Shown here: piece by piece, positions 50,403 through 64,000 of the stretch
Numbering within the stretch: position 1 is the stretch's first letter
How the letters are laid out: every line of letters starts with the position of its first letter
Assembly (NCBI RefSeq): GCF_964213995.1
Contig: NW_027590119.1
Span: 2,232,001 to 2,296,000 of the forward strand
Source: Mustelus asterias
Taxonomy: Eukaryota
Direction of reading: 5' to 3'
Length of the DNA stretch: 64,000 bases
The notes under the pieces: generated by a model
Databases searched by the model: none
Seen by the model: only the letters and a program-made list of their open reading frames with translations
What the model was told of the DNA's origin: nothing
Position numbers and translations under genes: made by a program

Positions 50403-52364
50403 TGGGTTGAATTTTGGAAGCTGCAGATTTCCCGCAGCTGATTATCAAGATCTCTGTGTGGATCAAATACAATATCTGCTCTCGGTGACTCTATCAGTAA
50501 AATTCTCTCAGTTTATCATTCTGAATCTGTAACTGAGGCAATTATAGACGTTCATTCAGTTTTCAGTGTGAAATGTACGAGGCATTTTTTGTTATAATGT
50601 AATTGTGGTTCATAGTTTCTCCGTAGTTTAAAGATCATGTATAAATAAGAAACTTTTCTCATTCCTTATTCACAATTGATAATTCCTCTTTGTAGTAAGG
50701 TCCTGTTTTCTCTTTCTGGTGTATGCAACAGATGTACAGATACTGACGGATTCCCCGTGCATCTGTTCTGTTCTCAATGTGAAGCTCGATCGTTATGTTC
50801 ACTTTTCTAACTTTAAAAAAATAATGTTGCTGTAAAATATTCTCTGAATTTTTAAAATAAATATTGAATGAAATTTTAACCATCTCTGGCTTGGCTTAAT
50901 TCCGTTCTCCAAAACACATCAACTCCGCCCCATTTTCCCTATTATACGGTTTCCCCTCTTTCCCAGACAGGGATTTTCCCCAGTCATATGTGGGATGTGG
51001 TTGAACTCAATGCCCTTTAGTGAGAGTCACTGCGCCACCCAGTGACCCATCCGTGTAAATACACCTTCATCTCTGCCTTTTTATGATAAAATCCAGATAC
51101 AGAATGAATGAATAATGAGGAGAACCGCGGTGATTTCACGCATAAACTGGTCTGTCACTGACGAGTTTCAGGTAATTCTAAACAGCAAAAGGCTCATTCA
51201 TTCGAGGCCGATGCAGGACAGTGTGTGGCAGAAGATAGTTTCCTATACACTGTCCCTTAAAAACACTATCAGTGTAGCTGCAGCGTGGGTTAACAGAGTG
51301 TATCTCTCTATATATCGTCCGATGAAATACTTCCCAGGCAGGCAAACCACAAGCTAGATAGAGAACACATACAGAACAGATGTGCAAACCATGGGGTGAA
51401 ACCAAGAGAATAAGGTGTATTTCACATAAGCACATCATCGATTGCAAATTTCCAAATTATGACTCGTGTTGTGGGATAATTTGAGATGACCAATACTGTC
51501 GTTAACTACAGACAATATAAAACTCACGAGGCAGGTATCTCTGTGTGAGGAGGTCAAAATGAACATTCCTACCGGCTCATTTCCAAAACTGGATAGACAC
51601 GTGATCCTGAGTCCCAGTACGATCTATTCTATGTCTAAACATTGAATGTCCCCATTCATAAAGTTGCAAAATGCGTTCCCTCGCCAGGAACTTTTAGATA
51701 TTAATTCTGCAACTACTAAGGTTCCCAGGCCATTGGCTCTCAACTCTTCGATTTATCATCATACCGTACAGTGACTTGCTTTTGGATGAAATGAACAATT
51801 CATTCAATACATAAATTACATTTAAAATATGAGCATATATGTTTTATAATCATAGTTATTTATTTAATTCTCTTATTGCATCCACATATTTGTAAAATAT
51901 TTGTTTCATTCCCATATTATCCTTGTTTCAAGAATCATTTAACTCTTTGTTTGTAGTGTCTTATGTATTCTGTCAAAAACCCTCTAAATTGGTTAATAAT
52001 TTTCCCCTTCAGTCGTATTTAAGATAAGCACATCATCGAATACAAATTTTCAAATTATGACTAGATTGGGATCTTTGCGATTGACCAGAGGGAAAAAAAA
52101 AACACAAAAGCTGGGGCCCATTTGATACAATTAACTACTTATTCTCCGAGGCTGGGGCCTTCTGATAGATATTTCAGCTTCACAATCAGGAAAAGTCCAG
52201 AAAAATCAAATATTTTTACTGATAAAAGTTTATTAATGAAACAGAACATGGTTAAAACAAACAGAAAATGACCTGAGGATCAAAGACAACCAGAGTAAAA
52301 GGATGTTCACAATGTTCTGGACACAAATGGTTTCTCTTCAGCCCCTCTGTCGCCTGTTCCCTGC

Positions 52365-52755
52365 CCTCTTTGTGGAACACCTCCGCTCAGTCCACAAGCA
52401 TGACCCTGACCTTCCGCTTGCCATTAGAATTCACCACCTTGCTCTCACGCTCACATTTCTGTCCTCGGCCTGCTGCAATGTTCCGGAGAAGCCCAACACA
52501 AGCTGGACAAACAGCCCCTCATCTTCCGATGAGGCACTTTACAGCCTTCTGGACTCAACATTGAGTTCAACAACTTCACCCCCTGAACTTGTTTTCATGG
52601 TTTTTTGTTTCAGACAGCGATGTTCATTATTCTGTCCTGAACACTCACTTCTTTACGACAACCATTACCTCGCCTTTTGCTTCTGTTCTGCAAAATTCTT
52701 CTCCACAGATGCTGCCAGACCTGCTGCATTTTTCCAGTTCTTTGTGTTCATTTTA
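52365..52755 (+). mobile_element. Penelope-like GIY-YIG C-terminal remnant with terminal repeat
   Basis: FVEHLRSVHKHDPDLP...ISVLGLLQC...LIFR*GTLQPSGLNIEFNNF, then ccacagatgctgccagacctgctg. Confidence 0.7.
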
Positions 52756-52954
52756 GAGCTGCATGTAGTAGGGGAAAACACTATTTACTCTCCTGGAGTA
52801 AATAAATGTCCTTCATCAGTTGTTGTGGATCATTTCAGTGGAAATGTGCTCTCCCAGGCTCAAAGGAACCCTCCGACTCTCCCACTTTACCAACTGTCAG
52901 AATGAACATGGTTCAGTCCTGGATGTGATTAACAGCAGAATCCACCTCATGTAA

Positions 52955-53535
52955 ACAAATGTGAACTTGCTGGTGTCTCAGCAGGGAAGTTGACCGAGTG
53001 AATCCCTTCCCACACTGAGAGCAGGTGAATGGCGTCTCCCCGGTGTGAACTCGCTGGTGTGTCTGCAGGGTGGATAACTGAGTGAATCCCTTCCCACAGT
53101 CAGAGCAGGTGAACAGTCTCTCCCCGTATAAAATTGATGGTGTCTCACCTGGGTGGGGGAATCTCGGAATTGCTTCCCATAATCAAAGCAAGTGAATGGT
53201 CTTTCCCCAGTGTGAACTCTCTGGTGCTTCTGCAGAGTGGATGAATCTCTGAATCCCTTTCCACACTCAGTGCAGATGAACGGCCTCTCTCCAGTGTGAA
53301 CTCGCTGGTGTCCGAGCAGGTTGAATGACTGAGTGAATCCCTTCCCACATTCAGTGCAGATAAAAGGCCTCTCCTCTGTGTGAATTCACTGGTGTGTCCA
53401 CAGGTGGGATAACTGAGTGACTCCCTTCCCACAATCAGAGCAAGTAAATGGCCTTTCCACAGTGTGAATGCGTTGGTGACTTTCCAGTCTTGATGGGGAA
53501 ATGAATCCCTTCCCACATTCCCAAGGTTTCTCCAT
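52955..53535 (-). pseudogene. C2H2 zinc-finger pseudogene
   Basis: [11 protein letters not shown]...[15 protein letters not shown]...HQ* (stop at 53386). Further TGERPF-linked fingers follow, with a frameshift near 53130. Confidence 0.85.
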
Positions 53536-53959
53536 GGTGCAGGTGTCCTTGTGACTCTCCACGTTCAAGAACCAACTGAGGTGTCCACAAACACAGACCA
53601 CGGAGAGTGTCTTTCCCGACTCCAAAGGGTAATGTTTTGAAAAACTGTGTAACTAGTTAAAGCTGAAACACTCTCACTCGGATCTCTGTGCGTCCAGGTG
53701 CTTTTCCAGTTTAAAATTTTCTGTTGCAGACAAAATAGACAAACATTTCTCCTACATTCAAAGGCTGATGATATTCAGGTCCCGGTGAATTGAGTGACTG
53801 TCAGATATTGAGGTGATGTGTGGTTTGAGATTTCTGTCTGTAAATCCTCACCTTCTGATATCCTGTAAAAGGAATTTACAAAAGTCATCACTATCAGTAC
53901 AAGATAGAAATTCAGAATAGACAATTCTAGTTTCTATGGAACATTTTTCCCCTCTCGTT

Positions 53960-54243
53960 TGGCAGAGTGGTTAGCATTGCTGTCTCACAGCACTAGGGAT
54001 CTGGGTTTGATTCCCAGCATGGGTCACTGTCTGTGCAGAGCCTGCACATTCTCCCCGTGTCTGCATGGGTTTCCTTCGGGTGCTCCAGTTTCCTCCCACA
54101 ATCCAAAAGACGTGCGGGTTAGGTGGATTGGCCATGCTAAATTCTCCCTCAGTGTACCCAGTGTACGCAAGTGTGGCGACTCGGGGATTTTCGCAGTAAC
54201 TTCATTGCAGTGTTAATGTTAGCCTACTTGTGACACTAATACA
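53960..54243 (+). mobile_element. HE1/V-SINE-like SINE
   Basis: tggcagagtggttagcattgctgtctcacagc head and the standard core and tail. Confidence 0.85.
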
Positions 54244-56700
54244 TTTTTTAAAATCCCAAAAGCTGTAAATCTCCGTCCCACACACTGTCCCTCCATTCTC
54301 ACTCTGATGTGTCTAATATTCACCCTCCCAATTCTCCTGAATCAGTGAGTCATGTTGATCTATCGATACAAGGTCCTGGAGTCAGACACCCAAACATTTT
54401 AATTCAGTAAATGTACGTATATCTCTTCAGATGCACAATTAACTGTCCAGAAAATGTTTGATCGAGAGTGCTGTATCTTTTAATTTGAGATAGAGTAGGG
54501 GGTGTGTGAGGAAGAACTTTATTTAGACAGCGAGTGGGCATAATCAGAAAATCACACCAGTGGTGGAAGTGGAGAAGAATAATTTAAAATAAATTGGGTT
54601 GGGCATCTGAAGGAAATAAACTTGCAGGGGAACAGGGCTATAGAGGGGTAGTGGGACTGACTGTATTGTCCGACAGAAAGTCGGCATGGACTCGAGTTAC
54701 TGAATGGACACCTGTGCTGTGAATGTATAATGGAAATATATAATGTCGCTAAAGTACTATATTACAAAACTAGAAATAATAAATGTATTTTGTTACAGAA
54801 CCAATTATGCACCATGTAACAACATTAGACAGATGTCTGTCCTATATTTACTGTCCCCTTAAATGTCAGCCATCTCTCGATGTTCCTGACGGTGGGGGAG
54901 TTGAGGATAAGGGGTCAACCTTTCAGGACTGAAGTGGGAAATTTCTTCACCCAGAGAATGGTGAATGTGTGGAATTCACTCCCACAGAAAGTAGCTGAAG
55001 CCAAGACATTGTGTGATTTCAAGAAGAAATTAGATAGAGTTCTCGGCGCTGAAGGGATATTGGGAGGGCGGGAGGGATCAGAATATTGAATTTGATGATC
55101 GGCCATGATCATAATGGATGGTCGAGCAGGTTTCTATCTCCTGGGGAAACCAGCCCGTGAACATTAGAAAAGAGACCATCCTTTTAGCCTGACAAATACA
55201 TGTGTCAAGCTGAGAGAGGAAATTATGTCAATGTCTTTAAGAGAGAGAGAGAGAGACCTGGGCCAACCTTTCCAGAGTCTGCAGCCTCCCTGGATTCACT
55301 TCCTTTCCCTTCAGTTGCTGCAAGTCCCCAATTTCCTCCAGAATGAGAAAAGAAATGGAAAGGGGGAGAAAAATAAGGTGTTTTACTCACAGGTGTTGGA
55401 GACAGGAGGAGGTTTTGGCCTGTGTGAAGATAAAAACAAAACCTGTGATGTTAAAAATTAAAATGTATTGACTTGTAAGAAAATAAACAGAATACATTTT
55501 GCAAAGTTCCATCCACCACTCCCTCATCTGGCAGCCCTGCATTCAGGTGTAGGACGAGTAGTATACTGCAAGATTAGAAATATAATAAACCTACTGTACC
55601 AGAAAATCATAAATATAGAGAATGTAAATGTAACACGAGTCATAACAGAGACATCACCTACCTGACTACATTGTCCCCTGAAATGTCAGCCATTTCCTGG
55701 TGAAACAACCCTTTAATTGTTAACATTCGGAAAGAGACCATCCTTTTAACCAGACAAATAAATGTGTCAAGCTGAGGGAGCAAAGAATGTTAATGTCTTT
55801 AAGAGAGAGAGACCTGGGCCAACCTTTCCAGAGTCTTCACCCTCCCTGGATTCACTTCCTTTCCCTTCAGTTGCTGCAAGTCCCCAATTCCCCCCAGAAT
55901 GAGAAAAGAAATGGAAAGGGGGAAACATTGATTTCTTCCAGATGTTGCCCAGAGGAGGGAGTTTTAGTCTGAAGCTCATTGGGGGGTCGGTGGGAATGTG
56001 AAGTTGAGGTTACAATCAGATCAGCTGTGTATGTATTGAATGGTGGAGCAGGCTCGAGGGACGTACCCCTGTTCTGAATGTGCATATTCATCTGTTATCA
56101 CATCCTGTACAATAGATTGTAGCATTTTCCCTCCGGCTGATGTCAGGCTGATGGGTCTGTGGTTCCCCATTTTCTCTCTCCCTCCTTAAACAGTGGGGTT
56201 TCATTTACCACCTTCCAATCTGCAGCAACCATTCCACAATCTATAGAATTTGGAAAGATGACCACCAATGTATCCACTATCTCCACAGCCACCTCTTCCA
56301 ACACTCTGGGATGTAGATCAGCAGCTTTTTGGGGATTTATTCACTTCCAACCCCATTAATTTCTCCAGTGCTACTTTTTCACTAATACTAATCTCTTTCA
56401 GTTCCTCATGCTCACTACTCCCTCTGCATGCTTTGCGAGCCTTCCAAACATAATTGCGAACAAAATATCTTTAAACTTCCAAACAACCTTTCACTCTGTG
56501 ATCCTTGAGAAATCCAAAGCCAGATATTCAAAACAAGGTTAAAAGATTATCAGCCACTGGAGGCAAAGTGGTGAGACCGGCCAGTCCAGCAGAAAGAGAG
56601 CCTCCAATTCTCCCCAGTGACCAACTGTGAGAATGAACAAAATGCAGTCCTGGATGTAATTGAGAGCAGAAACAATAACAGCAGAATCCAACCCCTGGAA

Positions 56701-57291
56701 TCACATGTGAACTCGCTGGTGTCTCCGCAGGTTGGATAACTGAGTGAATCCCTTCCCACACTGAGAGCAGGTGAACGGTCTCTCCTTGGTGTGAACTCGC
56801 TGGTGTGTCTGAAGAGTGGATAACTGAGCAAATCCCTTCTCGCACTGAGGGCAGGTGAACGGCCTCTCCCCAGTGTGAAACCGTTGGTGTGTCTTCAGAT
56901 GGGATAACTGAGTGAACCCATTCCCACACTGAGAGCAGGTAAACGGCCTCTCCCTAGTGTGAACTCGCTGGTGTGTCCGCAGGCTGGGTGACTGACTGAA
57001 TCCCTTCCCACACTGAGAGCAGATGAATGGTCTCTCCTCATTGTGAACTCGCTGGTGTGTCTGCAGGCTGCATGACTGAGTGAATCTCTTCCCACAATGA
57101 AAGCAGATGAATGGCCTTTCCTCATTGTGAACTCTCTGGTGTGTCTGCAGAGTGGATAATCGACTGAATCCATTCCCACACTGAGAACAGGTGAACGGTC
57201 TCTCCCCAGTGTGGCTGCGTCGATGAGTTTCCAGGTGAGAAGGGTATCTAAATCCCTTCCCACAGTCCCCACATTTCCATCGTTTCTCCAT
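56701..57291 (-). CDS. Tandem C2H2 zinc-finger protein, 7 fingers, 196 aa from the first ATG
   Basis: [14 protein letters not shown]... with seven C-x2-C-x12-H-x3-H fingers and TGERPF-type linkers. An in-frame TGA lies in a degenerate finger just upstream, and no effector domain is seen. Confidence 0.8.
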   Translation of the reverse strand: MEKRWKCGDCGKGFRYPSHLETHRRSHTGERPFTCSQCGNGFSRLSTLQTHQRVHNEERPFICFHCGKRFTQSCSLQTHQRVHNEERPFICSQCGKGFSQSPSLRTHQRVHTRERPFTCSQCGNGFTQLSHLKTHQRFHTGERPFTCPQCEKGFAQLSTLQTHQRVHTKERPFTCSQCGKGFTQLSNLRRHQRVHM

Positions 57292-57939
57292 GGTGCAGGT
57301 GTCCTTGTGACTCTCCAGGTCGGACAAATAGTTGAAACCTCATCCACACACAGAACACGGGTACAGTCTCTCCCCGCTGTGAATGCTGCGATTTCTTTTA
57401 GGCTGTGCAACTGAAGCGTTTTCCACATGCAATGCACTGGAACACTCTCACTCTGGTGTGTGTCAGATTCGGTGCTTTCCAGTCACACTGATGTTTAAAA
57501 TATGAAGCAGACAGAACAGAGAAACATCTCTCCTTCGAGATTCAAAGGCTGATGACATTCAGGTCCCGATGAATTGAGTGACTCTGTCAGATGTTGATGT
57601 GACATTTGGTCTGAGATTTTTGTCTGTAAATCCTCACCTTCTAGATATCCTGTAAAAGGAGTTTACAAAAGTCATCACAGTCAATACAGGATAGAAATTC
57701 AGAACAGACAAATCTAGTTTCTATGGAACATTCTTTCCTCTCTCATTCCCCAAAAGCTGTGACTCTCCATCCCACACACTCTCCCTCCATTCTCACTCTG
57801 CTGTATCTAATATTCACCCTCCCAATTCTCCTGAAGGGGCTGATTGAGGCTGATTGACAGATCCATGCTCACTGCTTCCTGTCCTGGACACAGAGAGCTG
57901 AAAATCTCCATGCAGGCGGCCAGACAGATATATGTCTTT

Positions 57940-59410
57940 GTAGAGTCATAGAGGAAACAGGCTCTTTGGCCGAACTTGTCCATGCCACCTTTTTTTTTAA
58001 ACCCCTAAGCTAATCCCAATTGCCCGCATTTGGCCCATATCCCTCTGTACCCATCATACCCATGTCACTGTCGAAATGCTTTTTAAAAGACAAAATTGTA
58101 CCCGCCTCTACTACTACCTCTGGCAGCTTGTTCCAGACACTCACCACCCTGTGTGAAAAAGTTGCCCCTCTGGACCCTTTTGTATCTCTCCTTCCTCCCC
58201 TTAAACCTATGCCCTCTAGTTTTAGACTCCCCTACCTTTGGGAAAAGATATTTACGAGCTAGCTGATCTATGTCCCTCATTGTTTTATAGACCTTTATAA
58301 GATCACCCGTCAGCCTCCTACGCTCCAGAGAAAAAAGTTTCAGTCTATCCAGCCTCTCCTTATAATTCAAACCACCAAGTCTGGGTAGCATCCTAGTAAG
58401 TATTTTCTACACTCTTTCAAGTTTAATAATATCCTTTCTATAATAGGGTGACCAGAACTGTACACAGTATTCCAAGTGTGGCTTTACCAATATCTTGTGC
58501 AACTTCAACAAGACATCCCAACTCCCGTATTCATTGTCCTGACCAATGAAACCAAGCATGCCGAATGCCTTCTTCACTACTCTGTCCACCTGTGACTCCA
58601 CTTTCAAGGAGCTATGAACCTGTACCCCGAGATCTCTTTGTTCTGTAACTCTCCCCAACGCCCTACCATTAACTGAGTAAGTCCTGCCCTGGTTCAATCT
58701 ACCAAAATGCATCACCTTGCCTTTATCTATATTAAACTCCATCTGCCATTCGTCAGCCCACTGGCCCAATAAATCAAGATCCCATTGCAATCTGAGATAA
58801 CCTTCTTCACTGTCCACTATGCCACCAATCTTTGTGTCATCTGCAAACTTACTAACCATGCCTCCTATATTCTCATCCAAATCATTAATATAAATGACAA
58901 ATAACAGTGGACCCAGCACGGATTCCTGAGGCACACCGCTGGTCAACCCTCTACGACCACCCTCTGGCTTCTGTCAAGAAGCCAATTTTGTATCCATTTA
59001 GCTACCTCACCCTGGGTCCCGTAAGAATTAACCTTATGCAACAACCTACCAGGCAGTACCTTGTCAAAGGCCTTGCTAAAGTCCATGTAGACAACATCGA
59101 CTGCACTGCCCTCATCTACCTTCTTGGTTACCCCTTCAAAAAACTCAATCAAATTTGTGAGACATGATTTTCCACTCACAAAACCATGCTGACTGTCCCT
59201 AATCAGTACTTGTGTCTCTAAATGCCTGTAGATCCTGTCTCTCAAAATACCTTCCAACAACTTACCCACCACAGATGTGAGGCTCACCCACCGGCCTATA
59301 GTTCCCAGGCTTTTCCCTGCAGCCCTTTTTAAACAAAGGCACAACATTTGCCACCCTCCAGTCTTCAGGCACCTCACCTGTGACTATCGATGATACAAAT
59401 ACCTCAGCTA
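57940..59410 (-). mobile_element. CR1 LINE RT and 3' end (relatively young)
   Basis: ORFs with VSLTSVVGKLLE, QHGF, YMDFSKAFDKV, SGVPQESVLGP, KFADDTKI, HLEYCVQFWSPYY. Confidence 0.95.
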
Positions 59411-60374
59411 TGATTGAACTAAAAATATATTTAATGGATCGGATGGCTCCAGTTGGTGAAGATACAGGGGGTTGCGATTGATGATGATCTTGAACTTGCT
59501 GCCTGTGGGGGTAGTCAAGCAGAGATGATCAATAATTTCTAAATGAGATTGGATGGGTGCTGCAGGGTTACAGAATGGGACCCACTCCAGACGGACAGAA
59601 TTGCTCGACAGACAGTTTATAGTTTATTTTTGATAATTTATTAATTAGTGTCACAAGGATGCTGACATTAACACTGCAATGAAGTCACTGTGAAAATCAT
59701 GAAAAACTATGAAATTACTGTGAGAGTCGGTATGGACTCGAGTTATCCAATGGACTCCTTCTGTGCTGGAATGACTCTATGACTGGAAATATATAACGTA
59801 GCTACAGGACTATATTACAAGACTGGAAATAATAAATGCATTTATTACAGGACCAGAAGTAAATCTGTCCCATACAACAACACCAGAGACAGTCTCTGCT
59901 CAAGTTTAGCTTCTGCTCGACTTTAAAAGAGTAAGAGGCAATTTAATTTAAACCTTCAAGATTCTGAAAGGTCTTGGATGTGGAGAGGATGTTTACTCTT
60001 ATGGGAGAATCTGGGGGCCACTGTTTAACAAACAGTGCTGCCCATTGAAGACAGAGATGAGAAGATTTTTTTCACTCAGAGAGTCTTGAATCTTTGGAAG
60101 TCCCTTCCTCAAAAGTAGAAGTAGAGCCTGATTTCAATAAGGAATTAGATATATTTCTTGGGGATCAAGGGATACGGGGGATGGGGGGGAGGCGGGATTA
60201 CAATATTGAACTTGATGATCAGCCGTGACCAGAATGAACGGCGGAGCAGGCTCGAAGGGCCGAGTGGCCTCCTCCCCACTTCTACTTTCTCGTATGTTTC
60301 TATGTAAACATGAGGAGCCTGGGGCTGAAATGTAACCAAATATTTTGCCACCGCTTCAGGCAACTTCTCTCACT

Positions 60375-62180
60375 GAAACATAGAATCTAGAAGTGGGAGT
60401 AGGTCATTCAGCCCTTCGAGCTTGCTCCGCCATTCATTATAGTCATGGTTGATCATCAAATTCAATATCCTAATCCACCCCCACCCCCTCCTGTTCCCCC
60501 ATATCCCTTGATCCATATTCAGTGGCAGTGAATTCCACACATTCATCACCCTCTGGGTGAAGAAATTTCTCCTCACCTCAGTTCTAAAAGGTTTACCCCT
60601 TATCCTCAAACTATGACCCCGAGTTCTGGACTCCCCCCACCATTGGGAACATTCTTTCTGTATCTACCCGATCTAACCCTGTTAGAATTTTTAAGTTTCT
60701 ATGAGACCCCACTCTTCTAAACTCCAGTGAATATAATCTTAACCAATTTCATTTCTCCTCATTTGGTAGACTTGCCATCCCAGGAATCAGCCTGGTAAAC
60801 CTTTGCTGTATCCCTTCTCTCGCAAGGACATCCTTCCTTAGATAAGGACACCAAAACTGTATACAATACTCCAGGTGTGGCCTCACCAACACCCTATACA
60901 ACTGCAGCAAAACATCCCTATCCCTACACTCAAATCCTCTTGCTATGAAGGCCAACATACCATTTGCCTTCTTTACTGCCTGCTGTACCTGCGCACTTAC
61001 TTTCAGTGAGTGATGCACGAGGAATCCAACATCTTGTTGAGTATACACCTCCCTCAATTTACACCTATTCAAGTAATAATCTGTCTTCCTATTATTGCTA
61101 CCAAAGTGAATAAACTCACATTTATCATCACTATACTACAACTGCAATGCTGATGCCCACACACTCAGTCTGTCCAAATCACACTAAAGCATCTCTGCAG
61201 CCTCCTCACAGCTCACCCTCCCACCCAACTTTGTATTATCTGCAAATTTGGAGATAATACATTCAGTTCCCTCTTCCAAATCATTAATATATAATGTGAA
61301 GAGTTGGGGTCCTAGCACAGATCCCTGCCAAACCCCACTAGTCACTGACTGCCAATCAGAAAAAGACTCATTTATGCCAACGCTTCGCTTCTTATCTGCG
61401 AACCAGCTTTCTATCCATCTCAAGACATTACCTGCAATCCCATGTCCTTTAACGTTACATAGCAGTCTGTTATGTGAGACCTTGTCGAAAGCCTTCTGAA
61501 AGTCTAAATAAACCACATCCACTGGTTCTTCTCGGCCAACTCTACTCCTTACATCCTTACAAAATGCCAATAGATTCGTCAAACATGATTCCCTTTTGTA
61601 AATCCATGCTGTCTTTGTCTGATTATACCACTGCCTTCCAAATGCCGAGTTGTGAAATCCTTGATAATAGACACCAGCAACTTCCCCAGTACCAATGTTA
61701 GGCTCACTGGTCTATAGTTCCCTGTTTTCTCTATCCCACCCTTTTTGAACAGTGGGTTTACATTAGCTACCCTCCAATCTGTAGGAACTATTACCGATTC
61801 CAAAGAATTTTGAAAAATAACCACTATTTCCAGGACCACTTCCTTAAGTACTCTGGGATGAAGATTATCTGGACCTGGAGATTTATCCACCTTCAATTCC
61901 ATCAATTTCCCCAAAACCATTTCTCAACTGATGCTGATTTCCTTCAGTCCCTGACTAAAACATGTTTCTTTCAGCACTTCTGGTACATTATTCACATCTT
62001 CCTTTGTGAAAACTAAAGCAAAGTACAAATTTAATCCCTCAGCCATTTCTTTATTCCCCGTTATGAATTCTCCCATTTCTAACATTCGTTTTTGTCAATC
62101 TTCTTCTCTTTACATATCTATAGAAACTTTTACAGTCAGTTTTTATGTTCCCTGCCAGCTTACTTCCATACTCCAATGTT
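60375..62180 (-). mobile_element. CR1 LINE RT and 3' end
   Basis: KSPGPDNLHPRVLKE, NYRPVSLT, YLDFQKAFDKV, KFADNTKL, HLEYCIQFWCPY. Confidence 0.93.
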
Positions 62181-62219
62181 CCCTGGGAGTGGGTGAAGCT
62201 GTTTAAAACCTGTTGATCA

Positions 62220-62700
62220 GCCTGCTGTGCGATCCGGTCACTAGGACCCGGTTGGGAGCATAAAACGCTGAAGCCCACACCCACTCATTGTTGCGTCATC
62301 AAGACACCAGCGCATGCGCTCCGCTCCCTGCTGAATCAAGATGGCGGCTGTTAACCTGAGCCTCGTCCCGGGAAAAAGACCCAAAGCTGCAAGCACGGGA
62401 CCTGCGGATTACTATTAGAGGTTTGAGACCTTCGCCAGATATTTAGAAACCCTCTCCGTCCATCTGCCGGTTCCAATCCTCCCTCCATGTATCCGCATCC
62501 TTACCGGTTGCTGATGAGACAAAGGAATGTCTCTCCCCATTGCCATCATTCACGCTGCGCATGCGCCACACACTGCCTGACTGCGGATGCGCAGCTCTCT
62601 CCCGTGCTGTGGATAGGGGACATTCACCACCGCGACGAATGGTGGGTAAGGCGCACGTCATGGAGACGCCTCATTTGTGAACAGTGAGCTTTTTCTGCTG
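62220..62700. promoter_or_regulatory. CpG-rich promoter with NRF1 and YY1 motifs, possibly driving the zinc-finger gene(s)
   Basis: GCGCATGCGC at 62310-62319 and 62557-62566, AAGATGGCGGC at 62338-62348, locally high CpG, and a minus-strand donor-like ccttac near 62500. Confidence 0.65.
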
Positions 62701-62844
62701 CGATGTGAAAATTAGGGACAGTGATGCAGTCATTAGGAATCAAATTATACTGTAATCTAAGTACTCAAGGCATTCCTTATCCACCAAAAAGTAAGGGAAT
62801 GGAAATTCTCGACCGAAATATCTGAAATTGATAATAAAGGGGAA

Positions 62845-63675
62845 GTCATAGAGGTTTACAGCATGGAAACAGGCCCTTCGGCCCAACTTGTCCATGCCGC
62901 CCATTTTTTAAAAAACCCCTAAGCTAATCCCAATTGCCCGCATTTGGCCCATATCCCTCGATACCCATCATACCCATGTAACTATCTACATGCTTTTTAA
63001 AAGACAAAATTGTACCCGCCTCTACTACTATCTCTGGCAGCTTGTTCCAGACACCTACCACCCTCTGTGTGAAAAAATTGCCCCTCTGAAACTTTTGTAT
63101 TTCTCCCTTCTCACCTTAAACCTATGCCCTCTAGTTTTAGACTCCCCTACCTTTGGGAAAAGATATTGACTATCTAGCTGATCTGTGCCCCTCATCATTT
63201 TACAGACCTCTATAAGCTCACCCCTCAGCCTCCTACGCTCCAGACAAAAAAGTCCCAGTCTATCCAGCCTCTCCTTGTAACTCAAACCATCAGGTCCCGG
63301 TAGCATTGCAGTAAATCTTTTCTGCACTCTTTCTAGTTTAATCATATCCTTTCTATAATAGGGTGACCAGAATTGCACACAGTATTCCAAGTGTGGCCTT
63401 ACCAATGTCTTGTACAACTTCAACAAGACATTCCAACTCCTGTATTCAATGTTCTGACCAATGAAACCAAGCATGCCGAATGCCTTCTTCACCACTCTGT
63501 CCACCTGTGACTCCACTTTCAAGGAGCTATGAACATGTACCCCTAGATATCTTTGCTCTGTAACTCTCCCCAACGCCCTACCGTTAACTGAGTAAGTCCT
63601 GCCCTGGTTCAATCTACCAAAATGCATCACCTCACATTTGTCTAAATTCCATCTGCCATTCGTCAGCCCACTGCC
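62845..63675 (-). mobile_element. CR1 LINE 3' end, same subfamily as 57940-59410
   Basis: ORF 63055-63630 (LYKTLVRPHLEYCVQFWSPYYRKD...) is nearly identical to the 58083-58946 translations. Confidence 0.95.
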
Positions 63676-64000
63676 GTATCTTTAATGAACATCAACACGC
63701 AAAAATGGAACTTGATGACTTTTAAACAGCTCGCCCTCTTGACATAGAAGTGTCATAATGGGAAATGTGTGTGATGGATAGAGCGGTTTCTGGGGCACAG
63801 GGGATTGTGGGATCCACGGCCCCATTAAACAGCAGCTATTGGTATGTGTTTTATTAGAGAAGCATCAGTGACTGCAAACATTAACTCTGTTTCTGTCTCC
63901 ATAGATGCTGTCTAACCTGATGAGTATTTCCAACATTTTCTCTTTTCATTTCAGATTTCCAGCAGCTGCAGTGTTTTGATTTTGTTTAGTTGAAGGCGTT

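Noticed and set aside
57940-63675. Autonomous active LINE
   Set aside because: All CR1 copies are 5'-truncated and/or carry frameshifts and stops.

Overview
Eukaryotic genomic DNA from a cartilaginous fish. This is inferred from the cluster-type Ig locus and the HE1-like SINE/CR1 repeat content. The core of the window is one complete, apparently functional, unrearranged immunoglobulin heavy-chain (IgM) cluster on the + strand. It runs leader (30918) - VH - D1 - D2 - JH (ends 32659), with RSS spacers V-23 / 12-D1-22 / 12-D2-12 / 23-J. A ~10.6 kb J-C intron follows, then Cmu1-Cmu4 with a secretory tailpiece (43307-46992) and TM1/TM2 exons (50126-50402). Upstream, ~3.6-31.4 kb is two diverged tandem copies of the same V-upstream block. 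The first copy ends in a VH pseudogene with no leader or RSS, split by a hairpin insertion. Downstream, on the - strand, are two duplicated C2H2 zinc-finger units (one intact 7-finger ORF, one pseudogene) and a CpG-rich NRF1/YY1 promoter. The rest is CR1 LINE fragments, SINEs, Penelope-like elements (one with an intact-looking minimal hammerhead ribozyme), simple repeats and one assembly gap. The most interesting candidates are a G-rich, AID-hotspot-bearing ~20-bp tandem array ~1 kb 5' of Cmu1 (switch-region-like) and a convergent pair of CTCF-like motifs bracketing L-V-D-D-J. Repeat boundaries were read by eye and are approximate. No database searches were run.
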